Position numbers and translations under genes: made by a program | Shown: positions 46,624 to 56,372 of the stretch, piece after piece | How the letters are laid out: every line of letters begins with the position of its first letter | Numbering within the stretch: the stretch's first letter is position 1 | Notes under the pieces: model-generated | Database searches by the model: none | Seen by the model: only the letters and a program-made list of their open reading frames with translations | Told to the model about the DNA's origin: nothing | From: Halorarum halobium | Lineage (GTDB): Archaea > Halobacteriota > Halobacteria > Halobacteriales > Haloferacaceae | NCBI RefSeq assembly: GCF_032116555.1 | Contig: NZ_CP134949.1 | Coordinates: 806,001 to 870,000 of the forward strand | Direction of reading: 5' to 3' | DNA: 64,000 bases

Positions 46624-47205
46624 TCAGCGGTTCCCGTCGCTGGGGGTCCCCTCCTCGGCCACCATCGGACAGCCGCGGACTCGGAACTGCGCCGAGTCCA
46701 CCGCCTCCACGATGTCGGTCCCCTCGTGCTCGCACGACACCGCCGGCGGCTCCGAGAGGTGGGGACAGCGCTGGCAGTACTCCCGCTTGTTCACGACGTG
46801 TTCGGGCCGGTCGTCCGACTCGTCGACGCGCTCCCCGTCGGCGGTTCGCTCCCCCCGGACGGGCTCCGCCTCGCCGCCCGCACCCACCGCCCGCTCGGCG
46901 TCGTCGTCCGCGAGCGACTCCCAGAGGTCCTCGCGCTCGACGGCCGAGACGTCCATCTCCTCGAACGGGTCGCCGTCGTCCGGTCCGTCCTGCTCCCGTC
47001 TGTCCCGCCGGGCCCGGCGCTCGCGCGTCTCCGCGGCCAGGCCGGCGAACGGGACGCCGTCCTCGACGGATGCGTCCCCACCGTCCGCGCCGTCGGCCGG
47101 CTCCGTCGATCCGTCAGCCGACTCCCCGAAGGGGTTTCGAACGGCCGGTCGCTCCCCGGTCCCGGACTCTCCTCGGTCGTCGTCCGACGAGTCGTCCTCA
47201 CCCAT
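46624..47205 (-). CDS. Acidic hypothetical protein with C-terminal Cys cluster
   Basis: YCQRCPHL...CEHEG...CPMV. Confidence 0.75.
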   Translation of the reverse strand: MGEDDSSDDDRGESGTGERPAVRNPFGESADGSTEPADGADGGDASVEDGVPFAGLAAETRERRARRDRREQDGPDDGDPFEEMDVSAVEREDLWESLADDDAERAVGAGGEAEPVRGERTADGERVDESDDRPEHVVNKREYCQRCPHLSEPPAVSCEHEGTDIVEAVDSAQFRVRGCPMVAEEGTPSDGNR

Positions 47206-48034
47206 CCTCGAAGATGTCCTCCGGGTCGAGTTCCTCGACGGTCTCGCCCTCCAGCGCGGGCCGGGTCCCGACCGGCAGCGTCGCGGAGCCGAAAAAGCCC
47301 GACGAGGGCTCGACCGACTCGAACGTGCCGCCGCAGTTCGGGCACTCCGGGGCCGACAACAGCCCGAGACGGACGGTCGACCCGCACGCCCCGCAGGTCG
47401 CCGTCTCGACGCCGATCCGGTTCGCCTCGTTCTGCAGTTCCGCCCCCGCGCGGGCACGAGCCTCGCGCGCCTCCAGTTTGCCGAGTCGGGTCCGGACGCC
47501 GGCGGCGACCGAGGCCAGCGTGTCCGCCTTCCCCTCCAGGTCATCGACCGTTTCGGTGAGGCACTCGAGCACCTCCTCGTAGTTTCCGAATCCCGCCTCG
47601 AACGTCGATTCGAGGGCCGCGAGGTCCGCCCGGAGTTCGTCCACCTCGTCGGCGAGCGTCGCGGCCGATTCGGCCGTCCGTTCGAGCTCGGGGTGGTCGT
47701 GATCCGCCTCGGCCTTCGCGTCGGTCTCGCGTTTCACCTGCACGACGCGGCTCCGCACGTCGTCGATCTTCTGGTCAAGGTCGTCCTCGACGGCACCGAC
47801 CCGCGCGTCGAGGTCCGCGACCGCGTCCGCCAGGCCGAGGTACCCCTCGCCGTCCCCGTTCGGGCTCGAGTCGCCGTCGAACGCGGGGAGGTCGCCGTCG
47901 TGGTCCGAGAGGAGCCGGTAGGCGGCGGTCGCCCGTTCCAGCACCTGCTCGGGGGACCTGTCGGTCTCGGCCGCGCGGGAGCGAACCCACTCGCGGAGCC
48001 CGTCCGGCAGTCCCTCGACCTGCTCTCCGGCCAT
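47198..48034 (-). CDS. Coiled-coil protein with C-terminal zinc ribbon
   Basis: RVVQVKRETDAKA..DHDH; CGAC...CPNC. Confidence 0.78.
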   Translation of the reverse strand: MAGEQVEGLPDGLREWVRSRAAETDRSPEQVLERATAAYRLLSDHDGDLPAFDGDSSPNGDGEGYLGLADAVADLDARVGAVEDDLDQKIDDVRSRVVQVKRETDAKAEADHDHPELERTAESAATLADEVDELRADLAALESTFEAGFGNYEEVLECLTETVDDLEGKADTLASVAAGVRTRLGKLEAREARARAGAELQNEANRIGVETATCGACGSTVRLGLLSAPECPNCGGTFESVEPSSGFFGSATLPVGTRPALEGETVEELDPEDIFEDG

Positions 48035-48086
48035 CTATCGAAGTCCAGCGGTGACCGACACTTAAGAATATGGTCGCGGTTCGCAG

Positions 48087-48923
48087 TCAGCGAATCTTGC
48101 GCACGTCGCTGATGTCCAGCCCGCCGTCGTGGATCTCCGTCTCGAAGCGCACGATGTTCTCGGCCTCGAGCTGTGAGAGCACGCCCCGGAACTCCCGGAC
48201 GACCATCGTCCGGGCGCGCTGGGAGCCGCCCGACTCCCAGCTGAACTGGAACGTGCCGCCGCTGCCGTCGACGAGCTGGCCGAGCTGCCGGTCGTCGATG
48301 GTGTCGGTGTTGGCGACGACGAGCAGCAGGCCGCCCCACGAGTGGGCCGCCTTGCCCAGCCCGCGCACGAGCATCGCCACGTCCTCCCACCCGATCTCGC
48401 CGCCGCCGGCACCGATGAGGTCTGTCACCGAGTCGATGACCACGAGGTTCCCGGGGGCGTTGTCGGTGAGGTACTCGCCAAGCGCCGTGAGCACCCCGTC
48501 GCGGTTCTGGCCCCGACCCAGGTCGCGCAGGGAGGTGGTCTCGCCCAGGTACCACTCGGGCGGGATCGAGGAGAGCTGGAAGTATTCGGGCGCGAAGTCC
48601 GTGAACTCGACGGCCTCGACCGCCGAGTCGACGATCTCGTCGGCCATCGTGAACCGGAGCTCCCGCTCGACGTACTCCCCGCCGGCGGTAAAGGAGATGT
48701 AGTGGACCTCCTCGGGGGGGACGGCGTCCCCATCGAGGTCGCCGTAGTAGAGGTCGAACAGGTCGGCGTCGGTCGTCGCCAGCGCGTTCATCGCCGCGCT
48801 GGTGTAGGCGAACTCCCGGGCGCCCGCGCCCGACTCGCCGGCGACGAGGACGGCGTTGCCCTTCGGCGAGCCGCCGCCGAGCACCGAGTCGAGCTGGGCC
48901 ACGCCGAACGGCATCCGGGCCAT
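48087..48923 (-). CDS. KaiC/RAD55-like (HTR-like) single-domain RecA-fold protein
   Basis: FGVAQLDSVLGGG, GESGAGAREF, VVIDS, VREFRG. Confidence 0.85.
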   Translation of the reverse strand: MARMPFGVAQLDSVLGGGSPKGNAVLVAGESGAGAREFAYTSAAMNALATTDADLFDLYYGDLDGDAVPPEEVHYISFTAGGEYVERELRFTMADEIVDSAVEAVEFTDFAPEYFQLSSIPPEWYLGETTSLRDLGRGQNRDGVLTALGEYLTDNAPGNLVVIDSVTDLIGAGGGEIGWEDVAMLVRGLGKAAHSWGGLLLVVANTDTIDDRQLGQLVDGSGGTFQFSWESGGSQRARTMVVREFRGVLSQLEAENIVRFETEIHDGGLDISDVRKIR

Positions 48924-49029
48924 ACCCCGCCTGTCGGGCGCGGGCGCTTAGTCGTTGTGCTGACGAGTCAATCGGTGGGATTCGGTGGGTGTAGGGGTCG
49001 ACGCGGCAGCGGTGTGGTCGGTGCTGTTT

Positions 49030-49180
49030 TCGCGGTGCGGTGGCGCGCGTGACGCGGGGCCCCCTCGTGGGGCTCGCAACCGCGTGCGAGGGATGAGCAC
49101 CGCAGCGAGCCTGCGAGCGAGGAGCGCAGTCGGCTGGGGAGGGTGTGGCTGTAATCACCGCCAGGAGTAGTGATTCGCTT
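49030..49180 (+). repeat. Dispersed palindromic repeat, copy E
   Basis: GCGAGGGATGAGCACCGCAG-CGAGCCTGCGAG-CGAGGAGCGCAGTCGGCTGGGGAGGGTGTGGC-TGTAATCACCGCCAGGAGTAGTG. Confidence 0.85.
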
Positions 49181-49304
49181 GTCGGACCGACAGCCGTGAT
49201 CCCCCTGATCGACCCACTTTCAGCCGCCCGGTCCCCAACCGAGGAACCCGCAACACGAAACCTACCAAAACAATTTGTCACACGTCAACAAACCACTCAC
49301 GACC

Positions 49305-49457
49305 ATGTCGACCGAACCGTGTGGCGTCTGCGGGGCCACCGTCCCGTTCGCGCAGGCCGTCCACGTCGTCGTCCACACGCGCACCGAGGCGGGCGTGGTC
49401 GACCACTACCTCTGTCGCGACTGCTACGAGGGGGAACTCGCGTCGCTGCTAGAGTGA
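49305..49457 (+). CDS. Small CxxC zinc-finger protein (50 aa)
   Basis: CGVCG...LCRDCY. Confidence 0.75.
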   Translation: MSTEPCGVCGATVPFAQAVHVVVHTRTEAGVVDHYLCRDCYEGELASLLE

Positions 49458-49496
49458 TCGGCTCGGAAAACCGGGGACGCTACGGGGTGGCTCGCT

Positions 49497-50051
49497 TCAG
49501 CGGTCGACGTCGACCGACTCCAGCACGACCTCCTCGCGGGGTTCGTCGTTGCGACCGGTCGGGACCGAGCCGATCTCCTCGACGACGTCCATGCCGTCGA
49601 CGACCTTTCCGAACACCGCGTGGCGGTCGTCGAGGTGGGGCTGTGCGCCCAGCGTGATGAAGAACTGGGAGCCGTTCGTGTTCGGGCCGGAGTTCGCCAT
49701 CGAGAGGACGCCGGCGTCGTCGTGGCGCAGGTCGTCGTGGAACTCGTCGTGGAACTCGTAGCCGGGGCCGCCGCGGCCGGTTCCGGTCGGGTCACCGCCC
49801 TGGATCATGAAGTCCGAGATGATCCGGTGGAACTGGACGCCCTCGTACAGCGGGTCGACCCGCTTCTCGCCCGTCTCGGGGTCCTCCCACGCGCCGGTGC
49901 CGCGGCCCGGCGTCGCCGAGTCGTAGTCGTCCGCGCCCTCCGCGAGGCCGACGAAGTTCTCGACCGTCTTGGGCGCTCGGTCGGCGTACAGTTCGGCCGT
50001 GATGTCGCCGTGGTTCGTGTGCAGCGTCGCCGTCGGCAGATCGTCGCTCAT
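49497..50051 (-). CDS. ppiA: Cyclophilin-type peptidyl-prolyl isomerase
   Basis: [37 protein letters not shown]. Confidence 0.93.
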   Translation of the reverse strand: MSDDLPTATLHTNHGDITAELYADRAPKTVENFVGLAEGADDYDSATPGRGTGAWEDPETGEKRVDPLYEGVQFHRIISDFMIQGGDPTGTGRGGPGYEFHDEFHDDLRHDDAGVLSMANSGPNTNGSQFFITLGAQPHLDDRHAVFGKVVDGMDVVEEIGSVPTGRNDEPREEVVLESVDVDR

Positions 50052-50154
50052 GGCACCGAGTGGGAGCGCGAGGGGGAAAAGTCGTGCCATCGGCGGCGGG
50101 TGGACGGGAAGGCGAAAGCGGGAGCCCGAACCGGTCGCGTGATGTGGGACAGCC

Positions 50155-50380
50155 GGATGGCGCGCGTGACGGCGAGCCCCGGAGGGGCGAGCGGACGCGC
50201 GCGAGGGACGAGCACCGCAGGCCGAAGTTCTCGTGAGCGACGCAGGAGCGAACGAGAGCACGCGGGTCGAGCGAAGCGAGTCCCACGAAGGCCGAGGAGC
50301 GCAGGAGGCTGGGGAGGGTGAGGTGCGGTTGCGGTGCAGTGGGTGGGACTGAAAGGGGCCGCGGGGGCTTTCGAGGTGTC
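50155..50380 (+). repeat. Dispersed palindromic repeat, copy F (empty terminal module)
   Basis: Core followed by GGGTGGGACTGAAAGGGGCCGCGGGGGCTTTCGAGG with no insert. Confidence 0.85.
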
Positions 50381-50463
50381 GTCACTGAACCCGGAACTGT
50401 CCCACCAACGCTACACTGCGAGGAGCAAGTGGTTACAAGCCCGTCCGCGCCCTCGAACCCCCA

Positions 50464-51426
50464 ATGACCGAGTACGAACGCGAGCGCGTCACGCTCGCCA
50501 GGCTCCCCTCCGGAGTCGCCGTCGAGACGACCGTCCACGTCTACGGCGAGGGCGACCCGACGGTGTACGCCCAGGCGGCCCAGCACGGCCGCGAGATCAA
50601 CGGCTCCGCCGTGCTCCGGCGGCTGCACGAGGAACTGCTGGACCGCGACTCGCTGGACGGCACGCTCGTCGCGGTCCCCGTGGCGGACCCGCTCACGTTC
50701 GACCGGGTCTCCTACACCACGCCGGAGGCGTACGACGCCGTGAACCCCAACATGAACCGGTGCTGGCCGGGCGATCCGGAGGGGAGCCTGCACGAGCGCA
50801 TGGCCGCCGCGCTCTGGGAGTACGCCGGCGAGGCCGAGTTCATCGTGGACCTCCACACCGGGAGCCGGGACATGCTCACCCACACGGTGTACCTGAAAGG
50901 CGACGAGGGCTGCCGGGAACTCGCGGAGGCGTTCGGCACCGACCTCCTGCTCGCGGAGGCCGCGGGCGAGGACGCCGCCGACGAGTGGGAACAGCGGGAC
51001 TTCGGCGGGAAGCTCCGCGTGGCGGCGACGCGGGAGGGGATTCCCACCATCACGCCCGAACTCGCGCACAATAAGGAGCTCGTCGCGGGCGCCATCGACG
51101 CGGGCCTCGACGGACTGTACGGCGTCCTCCGCCACACGGGCCTGCTCGATGACGCGCCCGTCCCCGACTGGAACGGCATCCGGGCCCGGAACCACCTCGG
51201 TCGCGTGACTGCGAGCGAGTCGGGCCTGTTTCGGGCCGCCGAGGGGCTCGAAACCGGCGACGAGGTCGCGGCGGGCGAGTACGTCGGCGAGGTGTTCGAC
51301 CCGACGACCTACGAGACGCTCCAGTCGGCCCGCGCCGACCGCTCCGGGATCGTCTACTCGGTCGCGCGGGAGGCGACGGTGACGGCGGGCCAGACGCTCG
51401 TGGGCGTGGCCATCGGGCTGGAGTGA
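50464..51426 (+). CDS. Succinylglutamate desuccinylase/aspartoacylase (M14) family protein
   Basis: QHGRE, NMNRCWPG, VDLHTG, TPE; C-terminal barrel-sandwich region. Confidence 0.88.
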   Translation: MTEYERERVTLARLPSGVAVETTVHVYGEGDPTVYAQAAQHGREINGSAVLRRLHEELLDRDSLDGTLVAVPVADPLTFDRVSYTTPEAYDAVNPNMNRCWPGDPEGSLHERMAAALWEYAGEAEFIVDLHTGSRDMLTHTVYLKGDEGCRELAEAFGTDLLLAEAAGEDAADEWEQRDFGGKLRVAATREGIPTITPELAHNKELVAGAIDAGLDGLYGVLRHTGLLDDAPVPDWNGIRARNHLGRVTASESGLFRAAEGLETGDEVAAGEYVGEVFDPTTYETLQSARADRSGIVYSVAREATVTAGQTLVGVAIGLE

Positions 51427-51470
51427 GCTGCGGTTCGACTGAATTCTGGCTGAAGTGAGTCCGGAGCGAG

Positions 51471-52001
51471 TCAGGCCGAGCGCGCCGCCGGGGCCGAGCC
51501 GTCCGTGCGAGTCCGTGCGAGCAGCGCCAGGGTCGCCCCGCCCGCGACGAGTCCCACGACCGCCATGTAGGTGAGGAACCCCGCGTACCACTCCAGCCCG
51601 AACAGCGTCGGCCCCCAGGAGATGACGGCGTCGAGGGAGGCGCCGGCCGCCTGGGTCACCAGCGCGAACACGAGCGCGGCCATCCAGCCGCCGAGCAGCA
51701 CGCGACACACCTCGCGCCAGCGCTCCTCGCTGAGTCCCTTCGCCACCGCGGCGCCGACCGCGGGGGGAACGTAGAGGAAGGCGACGCCCAGCAGGAGCGG
51801 GATGCGCGCCGCCGCGAGTCCGAGCCCGCCGACCCCGCCGACGACCGTGAACGCGGCGACGAGTCCCAGCACGCCGACGAGTGCGAGGTCGTGGCCGACC
51901 TGCCTGCCGATGACGTACGTCGTGAGCGCGAGGAGCACCACCGCGGCGCTGGCCGCGAGAAAGAACAGGCCGTAGACGTGCGCGGTGGCGACCCCGCTCA
52001 T
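51471..52001 (-). CDS. Hypothetical membrane protein
   Basis: 176 aa, about 5 TM segments. Confidence 0.7.
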   Translation of the reverse strand: MSGVATAHVYGLFFLAASAAVVLLALTTYVIGRQVGHDLALVGVLGLVAAFTVVGGVGGLGLAAARIPLLLGVAFLYVPPAVGAAVAKGLSEERWREVCRVLLGGWMAALVFALVTQAAGASLDAVISWGPTLFGLEWYAGFLTYMAVVGLVAGGATLALLARTRTDGSAPAARSA

Positions 52002-52054
52002 GCGTGCGGGTGCTCGACCGTTCTAGATAAACCCTCGCCGCCGAATATCAGCCG

Positions 52055-53131
52055 TTAGAACGCGCGCAGGTCCGAGAGCACCGCTGCGGCGCTTCCGTCG
52101 TCGATGGCCTCGCGTGCGGCCGCCAGCCCCTCCTCGATGGAATCGACGTCCTCGCGGGCGTAGATGCGGAACGCGGCGTTGAGCGCGACCGCGTCGCGCC
52201 AGTGGTCCGTCCGGTCGCCGGAGACGACCTCCTCGGCGATGCGGGCCGAGTCGACCGCGACGTCGTCGACTTCCAGGTCTGCCTCCTCGAAGTCCATGCC
52301 GTACTCGGGCGTCTCGATCTCGTAGTCGGCGAACTCGGCGTCGCCGTCCCCGCCCGCGGTCCACTCGGCGACCTTCGTGTAGCCCGGCCGGACGTCGTCG
52401 TACCCCTCCATCCCCTGGAACATGATGACGCGGCCGAGGTCGTGGAACTCCGAGCGCTCGAACGTGTCGACGACCTTCCTGGCGAACGCGAGGTGGTAGA
52501 AGGAGCCGAGGTGGACCGACGCGCCCGACGGGTTCGCCAGCGTCTCGACGGTGTTCACGAACGTCCGGACGCCCATCGCGTCCCGGCGCTCCCAGAGCGC
52601 GTGGACGTCGGGGTTGAACGACGGCTGGTAGTAGAAGCCGAACCCGGCGTCGTCGACCATGTCCGCCGACTCGTCCGGCGAAAGTTCGGTTCGGACGTCG
52701 AGTTCGTCGAGGACGTGCTTGTAGGCGTCCTGCTTCTGTGTCGGCACGCGGTCGCCCGAGTGGACGACGACCGGCGTGCCCGCGCCCGCGGCCACGACGC
52801 CGGCGGCGACGCCGAGGAGGGCCGTCTCGCCCTTGCCGTCGTAGTTCGCGCCGCAGTCGACGGGGTCGGCGTCGGGTTCGGCGTACTCGACGCGCGAGCA
52901 CATCTCGTCGACGTAGGCCGCCAGTTCCTCCGGGGTGTTGCGCTTCCAGCGGTTCGCCAGCCAGAACGCGCCGAGCGTGGTGTCGTCGGGTTCGCCGGCG
53001 AAGATGCGCCGCATCGCCTCGGTCGCCTGCGCGCGGGTCATGTCGTCGGCGGACTTCGGGCCCGAACCGCAGACCGCCGTCATGAGCCGCTTGAGGGGCC
53101 ACTCCCCGAACGTCTCGGTCGCTTGTGCCAT
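52055..53131 (-). CDS. Anthranilate phosphoribosyltransferase-like paralog (TrpD2/YbiB-like)
   Basis: VDCGANYDGK, VVVHSG, GVRTFVNTVETLANP, NAA; lacks the GTGGD motif. Confidence 0.78.
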   Translation of the reverse strand: MAQATETFGEWPLKRLMTAVCGSGPKSADDMTRAQATEAMRRIFAGEPDDTTLGAFWLANRWKRNTPEELAAYVDEMCSRVEYAEPDADPVDCGANYDGKGETALLGVAAGVVAAGAGTPVVVHSGDRVPTQKQDAYKHVLDELDVRTELSPDESADMVDDAGFGFYYQPSFNPDVHALWERRDAMGVRTFVNTVETLANPSGASVHLGSFYHLAFARKVVDTFERSEFHDLGRVIMFQGMEGYDDVRPGYTKVAEWTAGGDGDAEFADYEIETPEYGMDFEEADLEVDDVAVDSARIAEEVVSGDRTDHWRDAVALNAAFRIYAREDVDSIEEGLAAAREAIDDGSAAAVLSDLRAF

Positions 53132-53282
53132 GCCGCCGGCTTGGGGGCGTCGCCGCAAAAGCGTCCCGTTCGTTCCCGAGACGTGGACGGTCGTCCACCC
53201 GACTCGGGAGCGCCCGCGAGGTCGTGACGTCGGACGGACGGACTCCGAAACCGGTAGGTAGGCCGACACCCTAGGCCGGGCA

Positions 53283-54377
53283 ATGAGCGCGCTGGAGGAC
53301 GACGACTGGCGCGAGGGCCTCGACGCGGTCGACGCCCGCCTCGTCGACGACTACCAGAGCGGCTTCCCGGTCGCCGAGCGGCCGTTCCGCGTCGTCGCCG
53401 CCGACCTCGGCGTCGACGAGTCCGAGGCGGTCGAACGGGTCCGAACGCTACGCGAGCGGGGCGTCTTCCGACGTTTCGGCGCGGTGTTGAACCCGCCCGT
53501 CATCGGCTCCTCTACGCTCGCTGCGGTGCAGGCACCCGAGGGCCGGTTCTCCGAGATCGCGGCGGTGATCAACGGCTACCGGCAGGTGAACCACAACTAC
53601 CGGCGCGACCACGAGTGGAACATGTGGTTCGTCGTCACCGCCGGCGACCGGGCGCGACGCGACGAGATCCTCGCGGAGATCGAGGCGGAAACCGGCTGTG
53701 AGGTACTGAACCTCCCGATGTTGACCGACTTCTACATCGACCTGGAGTTCCCGGTGTTCAACGACGACGCGTTCGCACGGGAGGGCGCGGCGCGCGGTGC
53801 CACGGAATCCGCTCGCGGCGACGAGCCACGGGCGTCCGTCGAACGGACCGAGGCATCGGCGACGCGCATCTCCGAGGACGCGGCCGGGGACCTCTCGGCC
53901 CTCGACGCGCGACTCCTGCTCGAGATCCAGGACGGCTTCCCGCTCTCTGCGACCCCGTACCGAGACGTCGCCGACGCCGTGGACGCCGACGTGGCCGACG
54001 TGCTCGCGGCGGTCGAACGCCTGCGCGACGAGGGGTGTATCAAGCGCATCGGCTGCGTGGTGAACCACGTCGTCACGGGGTTCCGGAACAACTGCATGGT
54101 CGTCTGGGACGTGCCCGACGACCGGCTGGACGACCTCGGCGAGCGCGTGGGCGAACTGCCGTACGTGACGCTGTGTTACCACCGGCCGCGCCGGCCCGAG
54201 CAGGGCTGGCAGTACAGCCTGTTCACGATGGTCCACGGCAGGGAGGCAGAGGCGGTGGACGCGAAGATCGACGAACTGGCGTCCGAGTACCTGCCGTTCG
54301 AGCACGAGCGGCTCTACTCGACCGAGACGCTGAAGCAGACCGGCGCGCGGTACGAGGACCTGGTCGGCTCCGGGTAG
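53283..54377 (+). CDS. ahbB: Siroheme decarboxylase (fused AhbA/AhbB, Lrp/AsnC-like)
   Basis: VNHNYRRDHEWNMWF and VTLCYHRPR...WQYSLFTMVHG halves, each preceded by an HTH. Confidence 0.85.
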   Translation: MSALEDDDWREGLDAVDARLVDDYQSGFPVAERPFRVVAADLGVDESEAVERVRTLRERGVFRRFGAVLNPPVIGSSTLAAVQAPEGRFSEIAAVINGYRQVNHNYRRDHEWNMWFVVTAGDRARRDEILAEIEAETGCEVLNLPMLTDFYIDLEFPVFNDDAFAREGAARGATESARGDEPRASVERTEASATRISEDAAGDLSALDARLLLEIQDGFPLSATPYRDVADAVDADVADVLAAVERLRDEGCIKRIGCVVNHVVTGFRNNCMVVWDVPDDRLDDLGERVGELPYVTLCYHRPRRPEQGWQYSLFTMVHGREAEAVDAKIDELASEYLPFEHERLYSTETLKQTGARYEDLVGSG

Positions 54378-54526
54378 GTGGCCCGACCCTTCCACCCCGG
54401 GTCGTCGTCCCGAACGGGTGACCGAGCCCGTCCGTGTCGACGCTCCTCGATCCGGCTCGGGCCGTCGTCACCCCGGAAAACCACCCCGGCCGGGAGGTTA
54501 TCCGACTGGGCGACCTACGATCGGGG

Positions 54527-55126
54527 ATGGCAGACGACAAACGAGGCCGAGACAAGCAAGCACGAGACGCCGAGCGACGCCAGCGGGAGCGCGCCATCGC
54601 GGCGGAACTCGAACGCGGGGACGAGACGGAGCCGCCGACCGACGAATCGGCGCTCGACGAGTTCGAGGCGGAACTCGACTCCCTTGCGTTCCCGGCCACG
54701 GGGGCCGAGGTCGTCGCCGCGGTCGGCGATCGGCAGGTCGAGTCGGTCGGGGGGACCTACGCCGTCGAGGAACTCGTTCCGGACACGGCCGAGGAGCGGT
54801 TCGACTCCCCGGCCGCCGTCCGCGTGCGGGTACGGCGGCCGACGATCGCCGCGGCCATGAAACGGGTCGTCGAGGCGAGCGAGACGCTCCCGAACGAGGA
54901 GCTCGGGAGGTCACGGCGGGAGGCCTACGAGAAGACGCTCAGGGAACTCAAGGCGATCGACGCCGACGACGAGGACGAGGGGATCAGTGCCATCACCGAC
55001 TGGATCGTGGAGCGCATCCGCGACGAGGAGGCGCTCCCGGGGTCCCGGGCGGTGCGCCGGCAAGCGGCGAAGTTCTGCCGGGCGAACGGGTACGAGGTCC
55101 GGAACGACGACTGGATCGGCGTCTGA
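54527..55126 (+). CDS. Haloarchaeal hypothetical protein (DUF5789-like)
   Basis: MADDKRGRDKQ..., LAFPATGAEV. Confidence 0.7.
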   Translation: MADDKRGRDKQARDAERRQRERAIAAELERGDETEPPTDESALDEFEAELDSLAFPATGAEVVAAVGDRQVESVGGTYAVEELVPDTAEERFDSPAAVRVRVRRPTIAAAMKRVVEASETLPNEELGRSRREAYEKTLRELKAIDADDEDEGISAITDWIVERIRDEEALPGSRAVRRQAAKFCRANGYEVRNDDWIGV

Positions 55127-55252
55127 TTCGACGGCCCGCCGCGGGCCGTCCCACGCCGTCACGGCGACCGTGCGACGGAGGCGCTCGTCCCGCCGAATCC
55201 GACGGGGAGCGACCGACAGACGAAAGACGACCCGCCGACAACGCCAACCAAG

Positions 55253-55594
55253 ATGAGCGACTTGGACGCGGAGGTCCAGACCGCGAGCGACTTCGGGGGG
55301 GAGGGGCCGCCGGTCGAGGAGAAGCCGTACAAGATCATCTTCGAGGCGAACGCCTGCTTCGGGGCGGGCAAGTGCGCGGAGGTCGCGGACAACTGGGAGA
55401 TGGACATCACCTCCGGCATGGCGAAACCGACGTCGTACTACGTCGCCGAGGACGAACTCGACGAGAACCTCCGCGCCGCGGAGGTGTGTCCGGCCAAGAA
55501 GGACGTCGGCTGCATCCACGTCGTCGACCGCCGGACCGACGAGGAGCTCGCCCCGGACCCGCACGGCGACGGGACGCTGAGCGTCGACTGGTAA
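55253..55594 (+). CDS. Ferredoxin (single-cluster type)
   Basis: CFGAGKC...AAEVCP...CIHV. Confidence 0.82.
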   Translation: MSDLDAEVQTASDFGGEGPPVEEKPYKIIFEANACFGAGKCAEVADNWEMDITSGMAKPTSYYVAEDELDENLRAAEVCPAKKDVGCIHVVDRRTDEELAPDPHGDGTLSVDW

Positions 55595-55635
55595 CCGAAA
55601 CCGACAAGCGGGCGACCGAGCAACGGTGTGATCGC

Positions 55636-55720
55636 GCGAGGGTGGCTGAGCTTGGCCAAAGGCGGCGGACTTAAGATCCGCTCTCTCAGGAGTTCAAGGG
55701 TTCGAATCCCTTCCCTCGCA
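55636..55720 (+). tRNA. tRNA-Leu (TAA)
   Basis: GCGAGGG/CCCTCGC acceptor stem; GCGGA-CTTAAGA-TCCGC anticodon arm; long variable arm; GTTCGAATC. Confidence 0.95.
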
Positions 55721-55825
55721 GTCTCCATCGACCCGTTCGCTTCGCCGTTCGCACGTTCCTTGCCCGCGGAGCGCCGGCGAGAGCGACCCAAAGATACTCA
55801 AGGTCCGTAATGATATGTAATTACA

Positions 55826-56014
55826 GTGCTTCCGACGAACGCCCCGACCCGCGCGGACGCCCTCCTCGCGGTCATCGGCACGGCGCTGGCGGCGGCCGCG
55901 GCCGCGGCTCACGTCACCGCGCTCCCGTTCGCGCTCGCCGGCGGCCTCTGTCTCGCGCTCGCCGGGACCGCGATGGTCGACGGCCTGCTCGTCCACCCGC
56001 CGGGCGACGGGTGA
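55826..56014 (+). CDS. Small two-TM protein
   Basis: TRADALLAVI...DGLLVHPP. Confidence 0.6.
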   Translation: MLPTNAPTRADALLAVIGTALAAAAAAAHVTALPFALAGGLCLALAGTAMVDGLLVHPPGDG

Positions 56015-56372
56015 GCCGTCGAACGCGTCCGGCCGTCCGGAGCGACGTGGCCGCGGAGCGACATGGCCGTCGCTGGAACGTGTTGAAACGAAGGTCGGCA
56101 CGCACCGCGAAAGAGTGGTGCGGTGCGGTGCCGACCCGAATTGGTCCCCGCTGACGCTTCGGCCCTCCAGACGAAGCGTCGCCTGTGACTCGTGGCCGGA
56201 CGTACTTAACGATGGCGCAGGCGGCGGGAGTTCCCGGAGCAAACTCACCGCCGGTTGTGTGTTTTCGACGCGCGAGCGTCCCCGTCGGATCGCCCGGCTC
56301 GATCGGTCGTCCTCGATCACGGACGGGGAGGTCCCGGGGCGGCCGTGGCGTCGATTCCGCCGAACGGCCCGG

